A stretch of 64,000 nt of DNA from a virus: positions 1 through 64,000 of IMG/VR virus record IMGVR_UViG_3300043640_000137. The stretch is one strand, 5' to 3'. The stretch's first letter is position 1. The number at the start of each line of letters is the position of its first letter. The notes under the pieces were generated by a model that made no database searches, was not told where the DNA came from, and was given only the letters and a program-made list of their open reading frames with translations. A program made the position numbers and the translations under genes. Below are positions 9,051 to 19,140 of the stretch, piece after piece.

Positions 9051-9458
9051 ATGCAAACAGTGATCGCGTATCCCCCGAACTTCGAGGCGATCGTCGCGGC
9101 CTTTCCGAACGCAACACAGCGCGGCGTACTATTCGCCTACGGATCGCGCATCTTTAATCCATCCGGCGTAGACATCCCGCCGCAGTTTCTCGCGCACGAG
9201 AGCGTGCATGAGCAGCAGCATTCGGATATCGGCGGTCCCGAGGGATGGTGGGATCGCTACATTGATGATGTGGAATTTCGCGCGTCGCAGGAAGTGCCCG
9301 CACATGCGCGGGAGTACCGTGTCTACTGCGATATCGAGCGAGATCGGAACCGTCGCGCGAAGGCATTACATGCGATTGCCGTGCGGCTATCAGGGCCGCT
9401 CTACGGGAAAGTCATGACCTTCGGCGAGGCTCGATCCAAATTGTTGATGGGTGCATAA
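9051..9458 (+). CDS. Zincin-like HExxH protein
   Basis: LAHESVHEQQ motif with a downstream E; start moved to MQTVIAYPP. Confidence 0.65.
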   Translation: MQTVIAYPPNFEAIVAAFPNATQRGVLFAYGSRIFNPSGVDIPPQFLAHESVHEQQHSDIGGPEGWWDRYIDDVEFRASQEVPAHAREYRVYCDIERDRNRRAKALHAIAVRLSGPLYGKVMTFGEARSKLLMGA

Positions 9459-9561
9459 GAAAATGCGGCCCCGTCAACCTTCTGTTAACGATTTGGGTAT
9501 CACCCTCCTCCATAGAAAGGCTGAAGACGGGGTTAACCGGCCAGCCAGTCAGAGAGGAAGG

Positions 9562-9882
9562 TCAGTGATGACGATCGGCGAGCGAGAAATCGACGGTCTC
9601 TTTCACGGGCGGAGGCTCAAGAGCCTTTTTGAACTCCTCGACCATGATTCCGATCTGCTGCTTGAGGGCAGCCTCGATATGTTCGACGTCATCCATAGAC
9701 CAGTCGTACGCGCCGCGCGCGAGATTGCCGATCAAGCGGATGCCATCGAGCGCGCTAAGGGTGCGCCCGTTACCAATGCGCAAAAACGCTTGACGTCGGG
9801 TTTCGTTCGGCGGAGGCGGCTTGCGACCGCGCTTTCCCTTTGCGGGAGTGGGATTAGAGGCTTTGGCCTTTCGTGCTGACAT
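9562..9882 (-). CDS. Small basic putative DNA-binding protein
   Basis: K/R-rich N-tail, then ETRRQAFLRI...IRLIGNL...Y.W...DV..I..AL; AAGGAG SD; lone leftward gene. Confidence 0.65.
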   Translation of the reverse strand: MSARKAKASNPTPAKGKRGRKPPPPNETRRQAFLRIGNGRTLSALDGIRLIGNLARGAYDWSMDDVEHIEAALKQQIGIMVEEFKKALEPPPVKETVDFSLADRHH

Positions 9883-10166
9883 ATGTGCTTGCTCCTTCAT
9901 CTCAGACCGTTGTTGAACAGCTACTTCCATTTGGACGACCTCATTATTAAAACCGTCCTCATCCATATAAACCAAGGACGGAAAAGACACAAGGGGAAAC
10001 ATTGTGTCATATTCGTGGATTTTCATGCCCTTTTTAATTGAAAGCACCTTCTACATTCGTTAGTGTTTACTCCTGCGCGAAAAAGAATGACAAGGCTCGT
10101 ATAAAGCCGAGAGCTAAGGACAAGGCTGTTAAAAAAAAAGCCGAGAGCTACAGACGAGGCTAATGG

Positions 10167-10529
10167 GTGTTAAAGGAGACCTTTTTTGTGACCAAGAACA
10201 AACTTATCGTCGTTCGTAAAATGCCGGGGCTCAGCATCAAGGTCGTAGCAGAGCGATGTGACCGGCTCGAAGTCTGGATATGCAACTGCTACGTTAACGA
10301 TGAACCTTTCGATCAGCGGCAAAGCGACGACGCATGGGCGACGGCACAGAGCATGATCATGGACGCGACCATCGAGCACGGAGAAGCGGTGGTGGAGTGT
10401 GAAGACGCGCCCCGGCTGAACATCGCGACCATTCTCACGGCTATCGCTACGAGTATAGCTGTCCCAGGGCTGATGCTGGCGGCCCACTTCGCAGGCGTCG
10501 TCAACTTCTCCACGTCGCTTGTTGTCTGA
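10167..10529 (+). CDS. Hypothetical protein with C-terminal TM segment
   Basis: AAGGAG SD suggests a start near GTG 10188. Confidence 0.55.
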   Translation: MLKETFFVTKNKLIVVRKMPGLSIKVVAERCDRLEVWICNCYVNDEPFDQRQSDDAWATAQSMIMDATIEHGEAVVECEDAPRLNIATILTAIATSIAVPGLMLAAHFAGVVNFSTSLVV

Positions 10530-10660
10530 AACGCTTTGAATGTAGCTTGACTGCTACATTCATTGCTTCGATAGTAACTCTTGTCCGCAGTACGCGGGAG
10601 CCGGCGGGGATATGAGAGCGAATGCAGCCTCTCGCCGGCTCGTGTATCAGGAGATCGAGC

Positions 10661-10825
10661 ATGTCGCCTATGCAGCTTGTCGCCGAAGCCGACAAAGTGC
10701 TCGATCAGCACCCGACGAAGAACGCAGTCCAAGAATGGTTGATGATCGCGAGCAAGACCGGCGAGGCTTTCAAGGGCCTCGCCGACATGGTTCGCATGCG
10801 CGCGATGATCAGGGGCATCCTGTGA
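10661..10825 (+). CDS. Hypothetical protein
   Basis: AGGAG SD before MSPMQL. Confidence 0.55.
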   Translation: MSPMQLVAEADKVLDQHPTKNAVQEWLMIASKTGEAFKGLADMVRMRAMIRGIL

Positions 10826-11025
10826 CCATCGCTTCGAAGGGGCAAGCGCCGCGGGGCCGCGGTGCGCAGGAGAACGGTCGCTTCGTCGAGGTCAACGGCA
10901 CGCTGATCGAGCGCGACGCTGGCGTTTCGATGGCCCAGCGATTTGTGCCCATCGGCAACACGGGCCGCGCTTCTCGCGAGGTCAAAGGCGCCCTTCCCGA
11001 TCACACCAGAGCCGTCATAGTTTAA
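10822..11025 (+). CDS. Hypothetical protein
   Basis: GTGA overlap with the previous stop. Confidence 0.45.
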   Translation: MTIASKGQAPRGRGAQENGRFVEVNGTLIERDAGVSMAQRFVPIGNTGRASREVKGALPDHTRAVIV

Positions 11026-11198
11026 AATAGCTGATTGACAGCTTTAAGTAGCTGCCATATGGTGCGAGTCCATCGTCATCTCACCTGGGGCTGCTGCCGT
11101 GCGTGAGGCTGGATGTGGCCTCCTTTTTCTCTTCTCAGGTGGGCTCATCCCAAGCGGGACGCGATGGACATTGAGCCGGCTTACCAGGAGCTTCCACC

Positions 11199-11483
11199 AT
11201 GCAAGACTATATCGTTCTCGGGCTGATCGTCTTGATGTTCGTGCTCGGCGTCATCGCAGGCGTTGCGCTCGATCATTGGGCCAAGCGCACCGGCAGCGTA
11301 GCGAACACCGTCGTCACGGATGCGGAAAGCGCGGGATCGCGGTTTGTGTCCGAAGCGACGCACATCGCCACGTTGGCGTCCGTCATCAAGGCCCTCATTC
11401 CGGCGTCGCTCACCAGCGGCGTTGCGACTGCGGCGGCGGCGGTGGTCGCTCCGGTGGTCGCTCCGGCGGTCCCCAAAGCTTAA
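11199..11483 (+). CDS. Membrane protein
   Basis: AGGAG SD; N-terminal TM helix. Confidence 0.65.
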   Translation: MQDYIVLGLIVLMFVLGVIAGVALDHWAKRTGSVANTVVTDAESAGSRFVSEATHIATLASVIKALIPASLTSGVATAAAAVVAPVVAPAVPKA

Positions 11484-11507
11484 CGGCGACGAGGGGGAGC
11501 GCGGGCG

Positions 11508-12170
11508 ATGACGGGTCTATCCGATTACTCCGCGGAAGCGCAGCTTAACTGGCTGACGGGAAAGCTGGCGGTGCCAGCCTTGCCGACAGTTTACCTCGCG
11601 CTCTTCACCGCCGCCGGCACCGACGACGGCTCCGGTTTCACCGAGCCAGCGGGTGCGAGCTACGCGCGCGTAGCAACGAGCCCAGCAGACTGGTCCGCGG
11701 CGAGCGGCACCGGGCCTTCCGGCAATCAGAACGGCGGCGCGTTCGTCTTCCCCACTCCGACCGAGGATTGGGGCTCAGTGCTCGCCTTCGGCTTGTATGA
11801 CCAACAGGTCGGCGGGAACCTCCTCTTCTCGTCGTTCCTCGGCGGCTTCCGCTGGCAGCCCGCATATGTCGCGCAGGGGACGCCCGGCACGTTCAACGTG
11901 AGCGCGCACGGCTTCATCATCGGCGACAAGCTCATCTTCTCCACGGAAATTTGCGGGCACGCGCCGGCACTGAGCCAAAGCAATCTGAACGGGCTGCTGA
12001 CCGTGGCGCACGCGCCAACGGCCGACACCTTCGACGTCACGAGCGGCGGTGGCGTTGTGAACGTCAGCGCGAGCGGCGGCGGCACGGTGCTGAAGGTCGC
12101 GGTCCAGAGTGTCCTCGCAGGAATCACCGTCAGCTTCGCTGCTGGCAACCTCACGCTGCTGGCAGCGTAA
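11508..12170 (+). CDS. Virion fibre-type structural protein (paralog 1, with internal insertion)
   Basis: YLALFTA...E..G.SYARVA...FPTPT.DWG...GGNLL pattern; about 80-aa insertion relative to paralog 2. Confidence 0.7.
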   Translation: MTGLSDYSAEAQLNWLTGKLAVPALPTVYLALFTAAGTDDGSGFTEPAGASYARVATSPADWSAASGTGPSGNQNGGAFVFPTPTEDWGSVLAFGLYDQQVGGNLLFSSFLGGFRWQPAYVAQGTPGTFNVSAHGFIIGDKLIFSTEICGHAPALSQSNLNGLLTVAHAPTADTFDVTSGGGVVNVSASGGGTVLKVAVQSVLAGITVSFAAGNLTLLAA

Positions 12171-12188
12171 CGAAAGGGAGTACGGACC

Positions 12189-12623
12189 ATGAGTGGTGAA
12201 AAAGGCAACACGCTTTCGGCCTCGCTGCTGAAGCTGATTTTTCAAGCTGTGGCGATTGCGAACATCGCGGACAACGCGGCAACGAGTCCGCTGACGAACC
12301 TGTGGGTGAGCTTGCACACCGCCGATCCGGGTGCCAGCGGCAGCCAGACCACGAGCGAAGCTGCGTACACCAGCTACGCGCGGCAGAGCGTTGCGCGCTC
12401 GTCGAGTGGATGGGCGATCTCGGGCGAGACGATCACGCCTGTCGCGAACATCACCTTCCCGGCAGCGACCGGCGGCGCCGAGACCGAGAGCTTCTTCGCG
12501 ATCGGCACAGCATCGAGCGGCGCGGGCGAAATCCTATACGCCGGCCCGATCTCGCCGACCATCGTCGTCGCCTCCGGCGTGACTCCGGTCCTGACGACCG
12601 CGAGCACCGTGACGGAAGGCTAA
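12189..12623 (+). CDS. Virion fibre-type structural protein (paralog 2)
   Basis: LWVSLHTADPG...EAAYTSYARQSV...ITFPAATGG. Confidence 0.75.
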   Translation: MSGEKGNTLSASLLKLIFQAVAIANIADNAATSPLTNLWVSLHTADPGASGSQTTSEAAYTSYARQSVARSSSGWAISGETITPVANITFPAATGGAETESFFAIGTASSGAGEILYAGPISPTIVVASGVTPVLTTASTVTEG

Positions 12624-12696
12624 CTTTATCGGTCCTGCCGCATAACGCTGAACGGCGACAAGCTTTTCGTCGTCGTTCGGCGGCGGGGAGCAGCAA

Positions 12697-14274
12697 ATGA
12701 CCCTCGGCGTATCGTGGTCCAATCAGACGTCGCCGAACACGAATACGTGGCGGTCGATCGTCTACGCCGATTCGCTCGGTATCTTCTTGGCTGTCGCGGA
12801 CGGCGGCGGTGCCGGCAAGTGTATGACCTCGCCGGACGGGCTCACCTGGACGGCGCGCACGATATCATCCGACAATTGGGGCGACGTTGCCTGGATTCCC
12901 GATATCGGGCTCTTCGTCGCTGTCGGCAATCCGCAGTCGAACACGGCGGTATCGACTTCGCCGGACGGCACGACCTGGACCGTTCGCTCGGGCGCAACCG
13001 GCGCGAACGCCTCGTGTATCGCTTGGGCGCACTCACTCGGATACATGATCGTCCCGATCCGTGGTGACGCGACGCACGTTTGGAAGTCGGTAGACGGTAT
13101 CAACTGGACCAAGCCGGCAATCACCGGCACGTTCACATCGACGGCCCAGCGCATCATCTGGGACGCAGGGCGCTCGCAGTTCGTCGCGGTCAGTGATGGC
13201 GGCGTCAGCGCGACGACCGGCGTATTCACGTCGCCGGATGGCATCGCGTGGACGCCGCGGACGACGCCGGCAACATACCAACTGTTTGCGATAGCGATGA
13301 ACCCGGCGGGCGATTACGTCGCGACGGCGCTCACCGGCACCGGCCGTGCTCTGAAGTCCACCGATGGCGGCGTGACGTGGGCGTCGCATACGACGGCTGA
13401 CGAAACGGCCGAGTGGGAAGGCGTCTGCTGGGATGCCACTGACGGAGTGTGGATTGCCGTCGCCGTTGTCGCTGCGAGCGCGGCCAAGTCGATCATGACG
13501 TCGCCGGACGGTGTGACGTGGACTTCGGTTGGAAGCGTTCCAGTGAACGTCAACTGGCGCGGTGTCGTTTACTCCGCGGCGAAGAACATGGCTGTCGCGG
13601 TCGCCGAAAGCGGCACTGCGGCCCAGCGCATTGCGACCAGCACGAGCGTCACAGGGGGATCGGTCGGCTCCGTGAGCGCAGCCGCGACGGTGACAGGCCA
13701 CGGCAACGCGGTGAAGAAGTCGGTCGTCGCCGCGGCGGGGCAGGCGACGGTCGCGGGGCATAGCGGCGCAACCAAACAAGCGGTCGGCAGTGCATCGGGG
13801 CATGCGACGGCCACGGGTATCAGCAACATCGTGCACACGGGCGCGGGCCAAGTGCTGCGCCAGCCAACGGTGCAAGGCGTCAGCGCGGCGACAAAGGATT
13901 CGGTTTTCACGATCAACGGGCACGCAACGGCTCACGGTGCCGGCTTCGCGACCGAAACGGTGCAATCGGTCGGCACGGTGGCGGGACGCGCGGCAGTCAG
14001 CGGCAAGTCGAACAACGACAAGGACGCAGTAGGCGCGGCGGCAGGCCACGCGACGGTGCTGGGCGTCGGATCATCGGTGATCCATCTGAAGGGCGCCGGC
14101 CAGTTGTTCGTCCTCGGCTACGCGCAGGCGTCGTACGACATCTTCCTTCGTGCGGTCGGTCTATCGCTCGTCGCTGGCGATGAGAAGCGCGTCGCCAACG
14201 CGAGGGGCATCCCGCTCGTCAGCCTGAAGGCGCAACAGTCAAAGACGTCGCTGAAGGCGAACGTGCAGGAGTAA
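12697..14274 (+). CDS. Beta-propeller (BNR/Asp-box) structural protein with G/A/T-rich repeat stalk
   Basis: Repeated TSPDG.TWT Asp-boxes; C-terminal ~19-aa G.A.G.ATV.G repeats. Confidence 0.75.
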   Translation: MTLGVSWSNQTSPNTNTWRSIVYADSLGIFLAVADGGGAGKCMTSPDGLTWTARTISSDNWGDVAWIPDIGLFVAVGNPQSNTAVSTSPDGTTWTVRSGATGANASCIAWAHSLGYMIVPIRGDATHVWKSVDGINWTKPAITGTFTSTAQRIIWDAGRSQFVAVSDGGVSATTGVFTSPDGIAWTPRTTPATYQLFAIAMNPAGDYVATALTGTGRALKSTDGGVTWASHTTADETAEWEGVCWDATDGVWIAVAVVAASAAKSIMTSPDGVTWTSVGSVPVNVNWRGVVYSAAKNMAVAVAESGTAAQRIATSTSVTGGSVGSVSAAATVTGHGNAVKKSVVAAAGQATVAGHSGATKQAVGSASGHATATGISNIVHTGAGQVLRQPTVQGVSAATKDSVFTINGHATAHGAGFATETVQSVGTVAGRAAVSGKSNNDKDAVGAAAGHATVLGVGSSVIHLKGAGQLFVLGYAQASYDIFLRAVGLSLVAGDEKRVANARGIPLVSLKAQQSKTSLKANVQE

Positions 14275-14279
14275 TCGCC

Positions 14280-14627
14280 ATGGCCATGCTCAATCAAAAT
14301 TTCACGATCTTCCAGGGCGACAACAACGTCCTCGTCGAGTTCACGGTGCTGGATGACACGGGAGCAACAGTCGATGTGTCGCTCGCGTCGTTCCAGTGGG
14401 CGTTCGCGCGCTCGGCGAAGAGCCGGCCGCTTATCGAGAAGAGTACGTCGGACGACATCGCTCTGTCCGATCCGCAGAATGGCCTCATCCAGATCGCGAT
14501 GCACGCCGCCGACACGCAGAGCCTCCCGGCCGGCAGCTTTTACCACGAGCTTGTGATGTCGATCGGCGCGAAAACCGAGACAGTCGCGATCGGAACGATG
14601 ACGCTCCTCGCATCGACGATCAAATAA
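14280..14627 (+). CDS. BppU N-terminal-like structural protein
   Basis: IFQGD...V.D..G..VDVS...G.I.I....DT..L..G.FYHEL pattern. Confidence 0.6.
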   Translation: MAMLNQNFTIFQGDNNVLVEFTVLDDTGATVDVSLASFQWAFARSAKSRPLIEKSTSDDIALSDPQNGLIQIAMHAADTQSLPAGSFYHELVMSIGAKTETVAIGTMTLLASTIK

Positions 14628-14643
14628 GAAAAAGGGTACGGCG

Positions 14644-16254
14644 ATGGTGAAGGTAGACCTGGATAAGCCCGGTGCGATCTTGGAGCGTCGGGTTGTGGCA
14701 GAGGGCGTGGAGGGCAAAGCCGAGTGGCATCGCGTCCGCTTCGAGGATGGAATCACCGATCGCTGGCGCCCCTGGTTCACGAGCTACGTGCCGAACAAGC
14801 CGAGCTACGAGCCGGTGTTCCTTCCGCTCCCCGGATCGCAGTGGCTCTTCCTTGAATGCCCGATATTCGAGTGCCTGTTCGAGGGGACTCGCGGACCCGG
14901 CAAAACGATATCGCTCATCCAAGACTTCGTGAAGGATGTCGGCAAGGGCTACGGGTCAGCATGGCGCGGCATCCTCTTCCGTCGCGAGTACAAAGACCTC
15001 GACGACGTGGTGAAGAAGATCAAGGACGTGCTGCCGAAGATGTTCAACCAGGACGGCAAAGAGCACGTTCGGTTTCTGCAAAGCAAATCGGAGTACATGG
15101 CCATCTGGGACAGCGGCGAAGCGCTGCTGCTGCGCCATCTCGAAACCGAATCCGATTACGACAACTATCACGGCCATGAGTACCCCTGGCTCGGCTTCGA
15201 AGAGTTGACCCAATGGGAGGACAACGCGGCGTACCTGAAGATGCAGTCGTGCTGCCGGTCGTCGAAGCCCGGTCTGCCGTGCCGCGTGCGAGCGACCACT
15301 AACCCATATGGCCCCGGCCATAATTGGGTGAAGAAGCGGTTCCACTTGCCCGAGATGCGGGGTCAGGTCGTCCACGATCCGAACGGCATGAAGCGCGTCG
15401 CGATCCACGGCACCATGTACGAGAACTTCCTGCTGCTGCATGCGACGCCAATGTACGCAGCGCAGATCATGCAATCGACGAAGAACCCTGCCGAAGCGAA
15501 GGCGTGGCTCGAAGGCGATTGGAACGTCACGTCGGGCGGCATGATCGATGACCTCTGGCGTGCTGAGATTCATATCGTGCCGAACTTCCGCATCGGATTG
15601 ATCCCGCGCGGATGGACGATCACGCGCGCGTACGATCACGGACAGTCGCATCCCTTCGCGTGCGGATGGTGGCTCGAAAGCAACGGCGAGCCCGTTATCA
15701 TGAACGACCGGCTCACGGGCAGTCAGCACGTCCTCGGGCCGGTGCGCGGCGACCTCATTCTATGGATGGAATGGTACGGCACGAGCGGCGAGCCCAATAC
15801 GGGCATCCGGCTTATGACGTCGAAGATTGCGCAGGGCATCATCGATCGCGAACGAGACGAAGGCATCGCCGGCTACGTGGCGGCGGGACCGGCCGATACG
15901 GAAATTTTCAACAAGCTGTCGGATCGCAACAGCCGATCGCCGGCCGACGACTTCAGCGACAAGGGGATCGAGTGGGAACGCGCGGACAAATCGCCGGGCT
16001 CGCGCAAGCGTGGATGGGAGATTCTGCGCACGAAGCTTCAGGGCTCGCTTCCGAGCGCAGACGGATACCGCGAGCAGCCGGGCATTTTTGTCTGCGCTCG
16101 CTGCCGGCACTGGATCGACCTCGTGCCGCCCATGCCTCGCGATATCAACGACATGGACGACGTGCCGGAGAAATACGAGGACCATTCGGCGGATATGACC
16201 CGATATCGGCTCAGTCGGGGCGGCCCGTCCGGCATGTTCCGGCGCTCCTTTTGA
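14644..16254 (+). CDS. terL: Terminase large subunit
   Basis: Walker A GTRGPGKT, Walker B GFEEL, coupling motif ATTNP, nuclease YDHG...EDHSADMTRY. Confidence 0.95.
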   Translation: MVKVDLDKPGAILERRVVAEGVEGKAEWHRVRFEDGITDRWRPWFTSYVPNKPSYEPVFLPLPGSQWLFLECPIFECLFEGTRGPGKTISLIQDFVKDVGKGYGSAWRGILFRREYKDLDDVVKKIKDVLPKMFNQDGKEHVRFLQSKSEYMAIWDSGEALLLRHLETESDYDNYHGHEYPWLGFEELTQWEDNAAYLKMQSCCRSSKPGLPCRVRATTNPYGPGHNWVKKRFHLPEMRGQVVHDPNGMKRVAIHGTMYENFLLLHATPMYAAQIMQSTKNPAEAKAWLEGDWNVTSGGMIDDLWRAEIHIVPNFRIGLIPRGWTITRAYDHGQSHPFACGWWLESNGEPVIMNDRLTGSQHVLGPVRGDLILWMEWYGTSGEPNTGIRLMTSKIAQGIIDRERDEGIAGYVAAGPADTEIFNKLSDRNSRSPADDFSDKGIEWERADKSPGSRKRGWEILRTKLQGSLPSADGYREQPGIFVCARCRHWIDLVPPMPRDINDMDDVPEKYEDHSADMTRYRLSRGGPSGMFRRSF

Positions 16255-16321
16255 ACCCCTTCTAGGATTGACGTTGCCCAGCTACTTAATGTAGTCTCCA
16301 AGCAGCTTTCGCCGAGGACCA

Positions 16322-17908
16322 ATGGCCAAGAAGCCCGCCCAACAGAAAGACGACCCGACTCTCGATCCGTCCACGGAGAGCATGGCCTATGTGGCTATGG
16401 CTCCGAAGTGGGCGATGATCTCGACGGTGCTCGGCGGTACGTCGGCTATGCGCGAGGCGGGCGAAGACTACCTGCCGCAGCATCCCCAGGAGGGCGAAGG
16501 GAACTATCAGGAGCGGTTGACCCGCTGCACGCTCTACAACATGACCGAACTCACGCTGAACTCGCTCGTCGGCAAGCCCTTCAGCGAGCCGCTTCGGCTG
16601 AAGGACGACGTGCCGCAGCAGATCGTGGATATCGCCGGCAACATCGACCTTCAAGGCAATGACGTTTCGGTCTTCGCGAGGCATTGGTTCAGTGAGTCGA
16701 TCGCGAAGGCGTTCTGCCATGTCTTGATCGACATGCCGCAGCTATCGCCGGAGGAAGCCGCGGGCCGCACGCGCGCGGACGACCTCGTGGACAACCGGCG
16801 CCCCTATTGGTGCCTGGTCTGCCCCGACGACTTGATCTTCGCCTCGTCCGAGGTCATCGGCGGTATCGAGGTACTGACTCATGTTCGCATCCGCGAGCAG
16901 TATGTCGAGCGCGTCGGCTTCGCTGAAGTCGTTCATCATCGCATTCGCATTTTGGAGCCCGGCCACTTCCAGGTCTGGGAGCTTCAGCAGGTTGATAATC
17001 GCAAAGAGCCGGAATGGGTGCCCATCCAGGAAGGCGAGACGGGCATCTCCTTCATTCCGATGGTGACGTTCTACGCGCATCGAGACGGCTTCATGACCGG
17101 CAAGCCGCCGCTCGAAGACCTCGCCTACCTCAACGTGCGGCACTGGCAGTCCACTTCGGACCAGATCAACGTGCTCACCGTCGCGCGGTTTCCGATGCTG
17201 GCTGTAGCCGGCGCGACCGAGCAGACCGGGAACACGATGGCCATCGGCCCGCGCCAACTTCTCGGCACGAAAGACCCGAACGGGAAGTACTACTACGTCG
17301 AGCACACGGGCAAGTCGATCGACGCGGGTCAGAAAGACCTCGAAGACATCGAACAGAAGATGGCCTCCTATGGTGCTCAGTTCCTACGTCGCGCGCCCGG
17401 CGCCCAGACTGCGACGGCGCGCGCCCTCGACACCGCTGAGTCGATGAGCCCGCTCCAAGATATGTCTGTCCGCTTCGTGGGCGTCATCAAGGAAGCGCTG
17501 CGCCTTACCGCGCTGTGGATGGGCCTTGACGATGGCGGCAGCGTAGAGTTGGCCGTTGACTTCGGCCCGAGCGAGACCGATCAGGCTGTATTGCAGGCAC
17601 TCGTTGCGGCACGCGCCAGCGGCGATCTCTCGCGCGAAGACTTCTTGGAGCGCTTGAAGCAACTCGACATCCTGAGCGAAGAGTTCGATCCGAAGGTCAA
17701 CCTGCTGCGCCTCTATTGGGAAGCGACGGCGGCCGGCATCGACCCAGAAGATATCAATCCCGAGGACATCCTGTCGCTCGGCAAGCCATCGGCCAAGCTC
17801 CTGGCGCCTCCCCCTCCGCCTCCTCCGGCTGATCCTGCGCCTGTTCCAGGCAAGGGTGCCAAGGACAAAACGGGTGACGGCCAGGGCGACGGCGGCGCTG
17901 CGGAATGA
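16322..17908 (+). CDS. Portal protein (DUF4055-like)
   Basis: GGTSAMREAGEDYLP...Y..RL; KPPLEDLAYLNVRHWQSTSD; follows terL. Confidence 0.9.
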   Translation: MAKKPAQQKDDPTLDPSTESMAYVAMAPKWAMISTVLGGTSAMREAGEDYLPQHPQEGEGNYQERLTRCTLYNMTELTLNSLVGKPFSEPLRLKDDVPQQIVDIAGNIDLQGNDVSVFARHWFSESIAKAFCHVLIDMPQLSPEEAAGRTRADDLVDNRRPYWCLVCPDDLIFASSEVIGGIEVLTHVRIREQYVERVGFAEVVHHRIRILEPGHFQVWELQQVDNRKEPEWVPIQEGETGISFIPMVTFYAHRDGFMTGKPPLEDLAYLNVRHWQSTSDQINVLTVARFPMLAVAGATEQTGNTMAIGPRQLLGTKDPNGKYYYVEHTGKSIDAGQKDLEDIEQKMASYGAQFLRRAPGAQTATARALDTAESMSPLQDMSVRFVGVIKEALRLTALWMGLDDGGSVELAVDFGPSETDQAVLQALVAARASGDLSREDFLERLKQLDILSEEFDPKVNLLRLYWEATAAGIDPEDINPEDILSLGKPSAKLLAPPPPPPPADPAPVPGKGAKDKTGDGQGDGGAAE

Positions 17909-17920
17909 GGAAGCTATACC

Positions 17921-18271
17921 ATGTCAGATGTTCCGAAGCGCATCGTCTACAGCTACCGCGGTTTCGAGGTAAAGGTTCTCGAACCGAAAGAGCTTGAAGT
18001 AGAATACGGCCGGTACGGCGGTTTCGACGGCAAGCACACGCTGTTCCTGACGACGACGGATGTCCCGGCATGGGACCAAGCCGACACGCTCATCCATGAG
18101 TACCTTCACGGCGTAGCCTCCACACTGGGACTGTTCAAAAACATGAATCATGAGATGCACCACGAAGAGCGCATCGTCCACGCGTTCTCGACCGCGATCT
18201 CGGAACTCATTCACCGCAATCCCGACGTCCTGACGTGGCTGACAGAGAAATTGGGGACTGATCGTGGGTGA
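17921..18271 (+). CDS. HExxH metallopeptidase-like protein
   Basis: DTLIHEYLHG...EE.IV. Confidence 0.7.
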   Translation: MSDVPKRIVYSYRGFEVKVLEPKELEVEYGRYGGFDGKHTLFLTTTDVPAWDQADTLIHEYLHGVASTLGLFKNMNHEMHHEERIVHAFSTAISELIHRNPDVLTWLTEKLGTDRG

Positions 18272-18539
18272 AGTGGTTGAGCTTGATACCGACCGCACCT
18301 TTCTTGTGAAGAGACTCCAGGGGCTCCTCGAAAGTGCGAAAACGGGAGAGCTACAGGTGCTCATCGCGGCGACGGTGTACGACAACGGCAAAGTCGGCTT
18401 CGTGCATAGCGGCGCGCTCTCGTCGAGCGGCGATTCGATCACGGCGTATGCGTCGATCGTCGGCATGGTCAGCGCGCTACACCATGACGTGACTCAGACG
18501 CTGCATGGGATGCTCGAAAGCGAAGAAGACGATGAGTGA
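18264..18539 (+). CDS. Hypothetical protein
   Basis: LQGLLESAKTGELQ motif; overlaps both neighbours. Confidence 0.6.
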   Translation: MGEVVELDTDRTFLVKRLQGLLESAKTGELQVLIAATVYDNGKVGFVHSGALSSSGDSITAYASIVGMVSALHHDVTQTLHGMLESEEDDE

Positions 18540-19071
18540 CGATAAGAAGGAGAGCATCCAGCAGGTAAACGCCGCGAAGAAGCGCCGGAAGTTCTTGGAC
18601 ACGCTCGCGCAGACGGGCAAGGTCGCCTTCTCTGCGCGCGCCGCCGGGTACAAGGATTCGATGCAGCTTTATCACTATCGTCGAGATCACGAGGATTTCG
18701 CGAAGGAATGGGGCGACGCTGAGACCGTGGCGGCTGAACTGCTGATAGACGAGGCGACGCGCCGCGCCGTCGAGGGTGTCGATAAGCCGATCGTCTACAA
18801 GGGCGAGGTCGTAGGCTACGAGAAGGAATACAGCGATCAGCTTTTGATGTGCTTGCTGCGCGCGAAGCGGCCGGATCAGTTCGGCAATAACGTCCAGGTG
18901 AGCGGTGCGATCAGCCACGCGATCGGCGTTGCGATCCTGCCGATGCGGGCTGCATCGATTGAAGAATGGGAGCGCGCCGCGCTCGATGTCAGCGTTAACC
19001 AGAGGCTCCTCACGCCGCCCAAGGACGTGACGCCGGTAGCCACGGCTACACCGGAGCTAGTCCGCCGGTAG
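18532..19071 (+). CDS. terS: Terminase small subunit
   Basis: HTH FL..LA.TG.V..SA.AAG; F...W..A; EA.RRAVEGV..P..YKGE.VG....YSD.LL..LL.A.RP. Confidence 0.8.
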   Translation: MSDDKKESIQQVNAAKKRRKFLDTLAQTGKVAFSARAAGYKDSMQLYHYRRDHEDFAKEWGDAETVAAELLIDEATRRAVEGVDKPIVYKGEVVGYEKEYSDQLLMCLLRAKRPDQFGNNVQVSGAISHAIGVAILPMRAASIEEWERAALDVSVNQRLLTPPKDVTPVATATPELVRR

Positions 19072-19140
19072 CTACTCTCCTAGGTTGACAAGCTACTTAA
19101 TATAGATGAGTATGGTTAACTTGACCCTTGGAGGCTTGCC

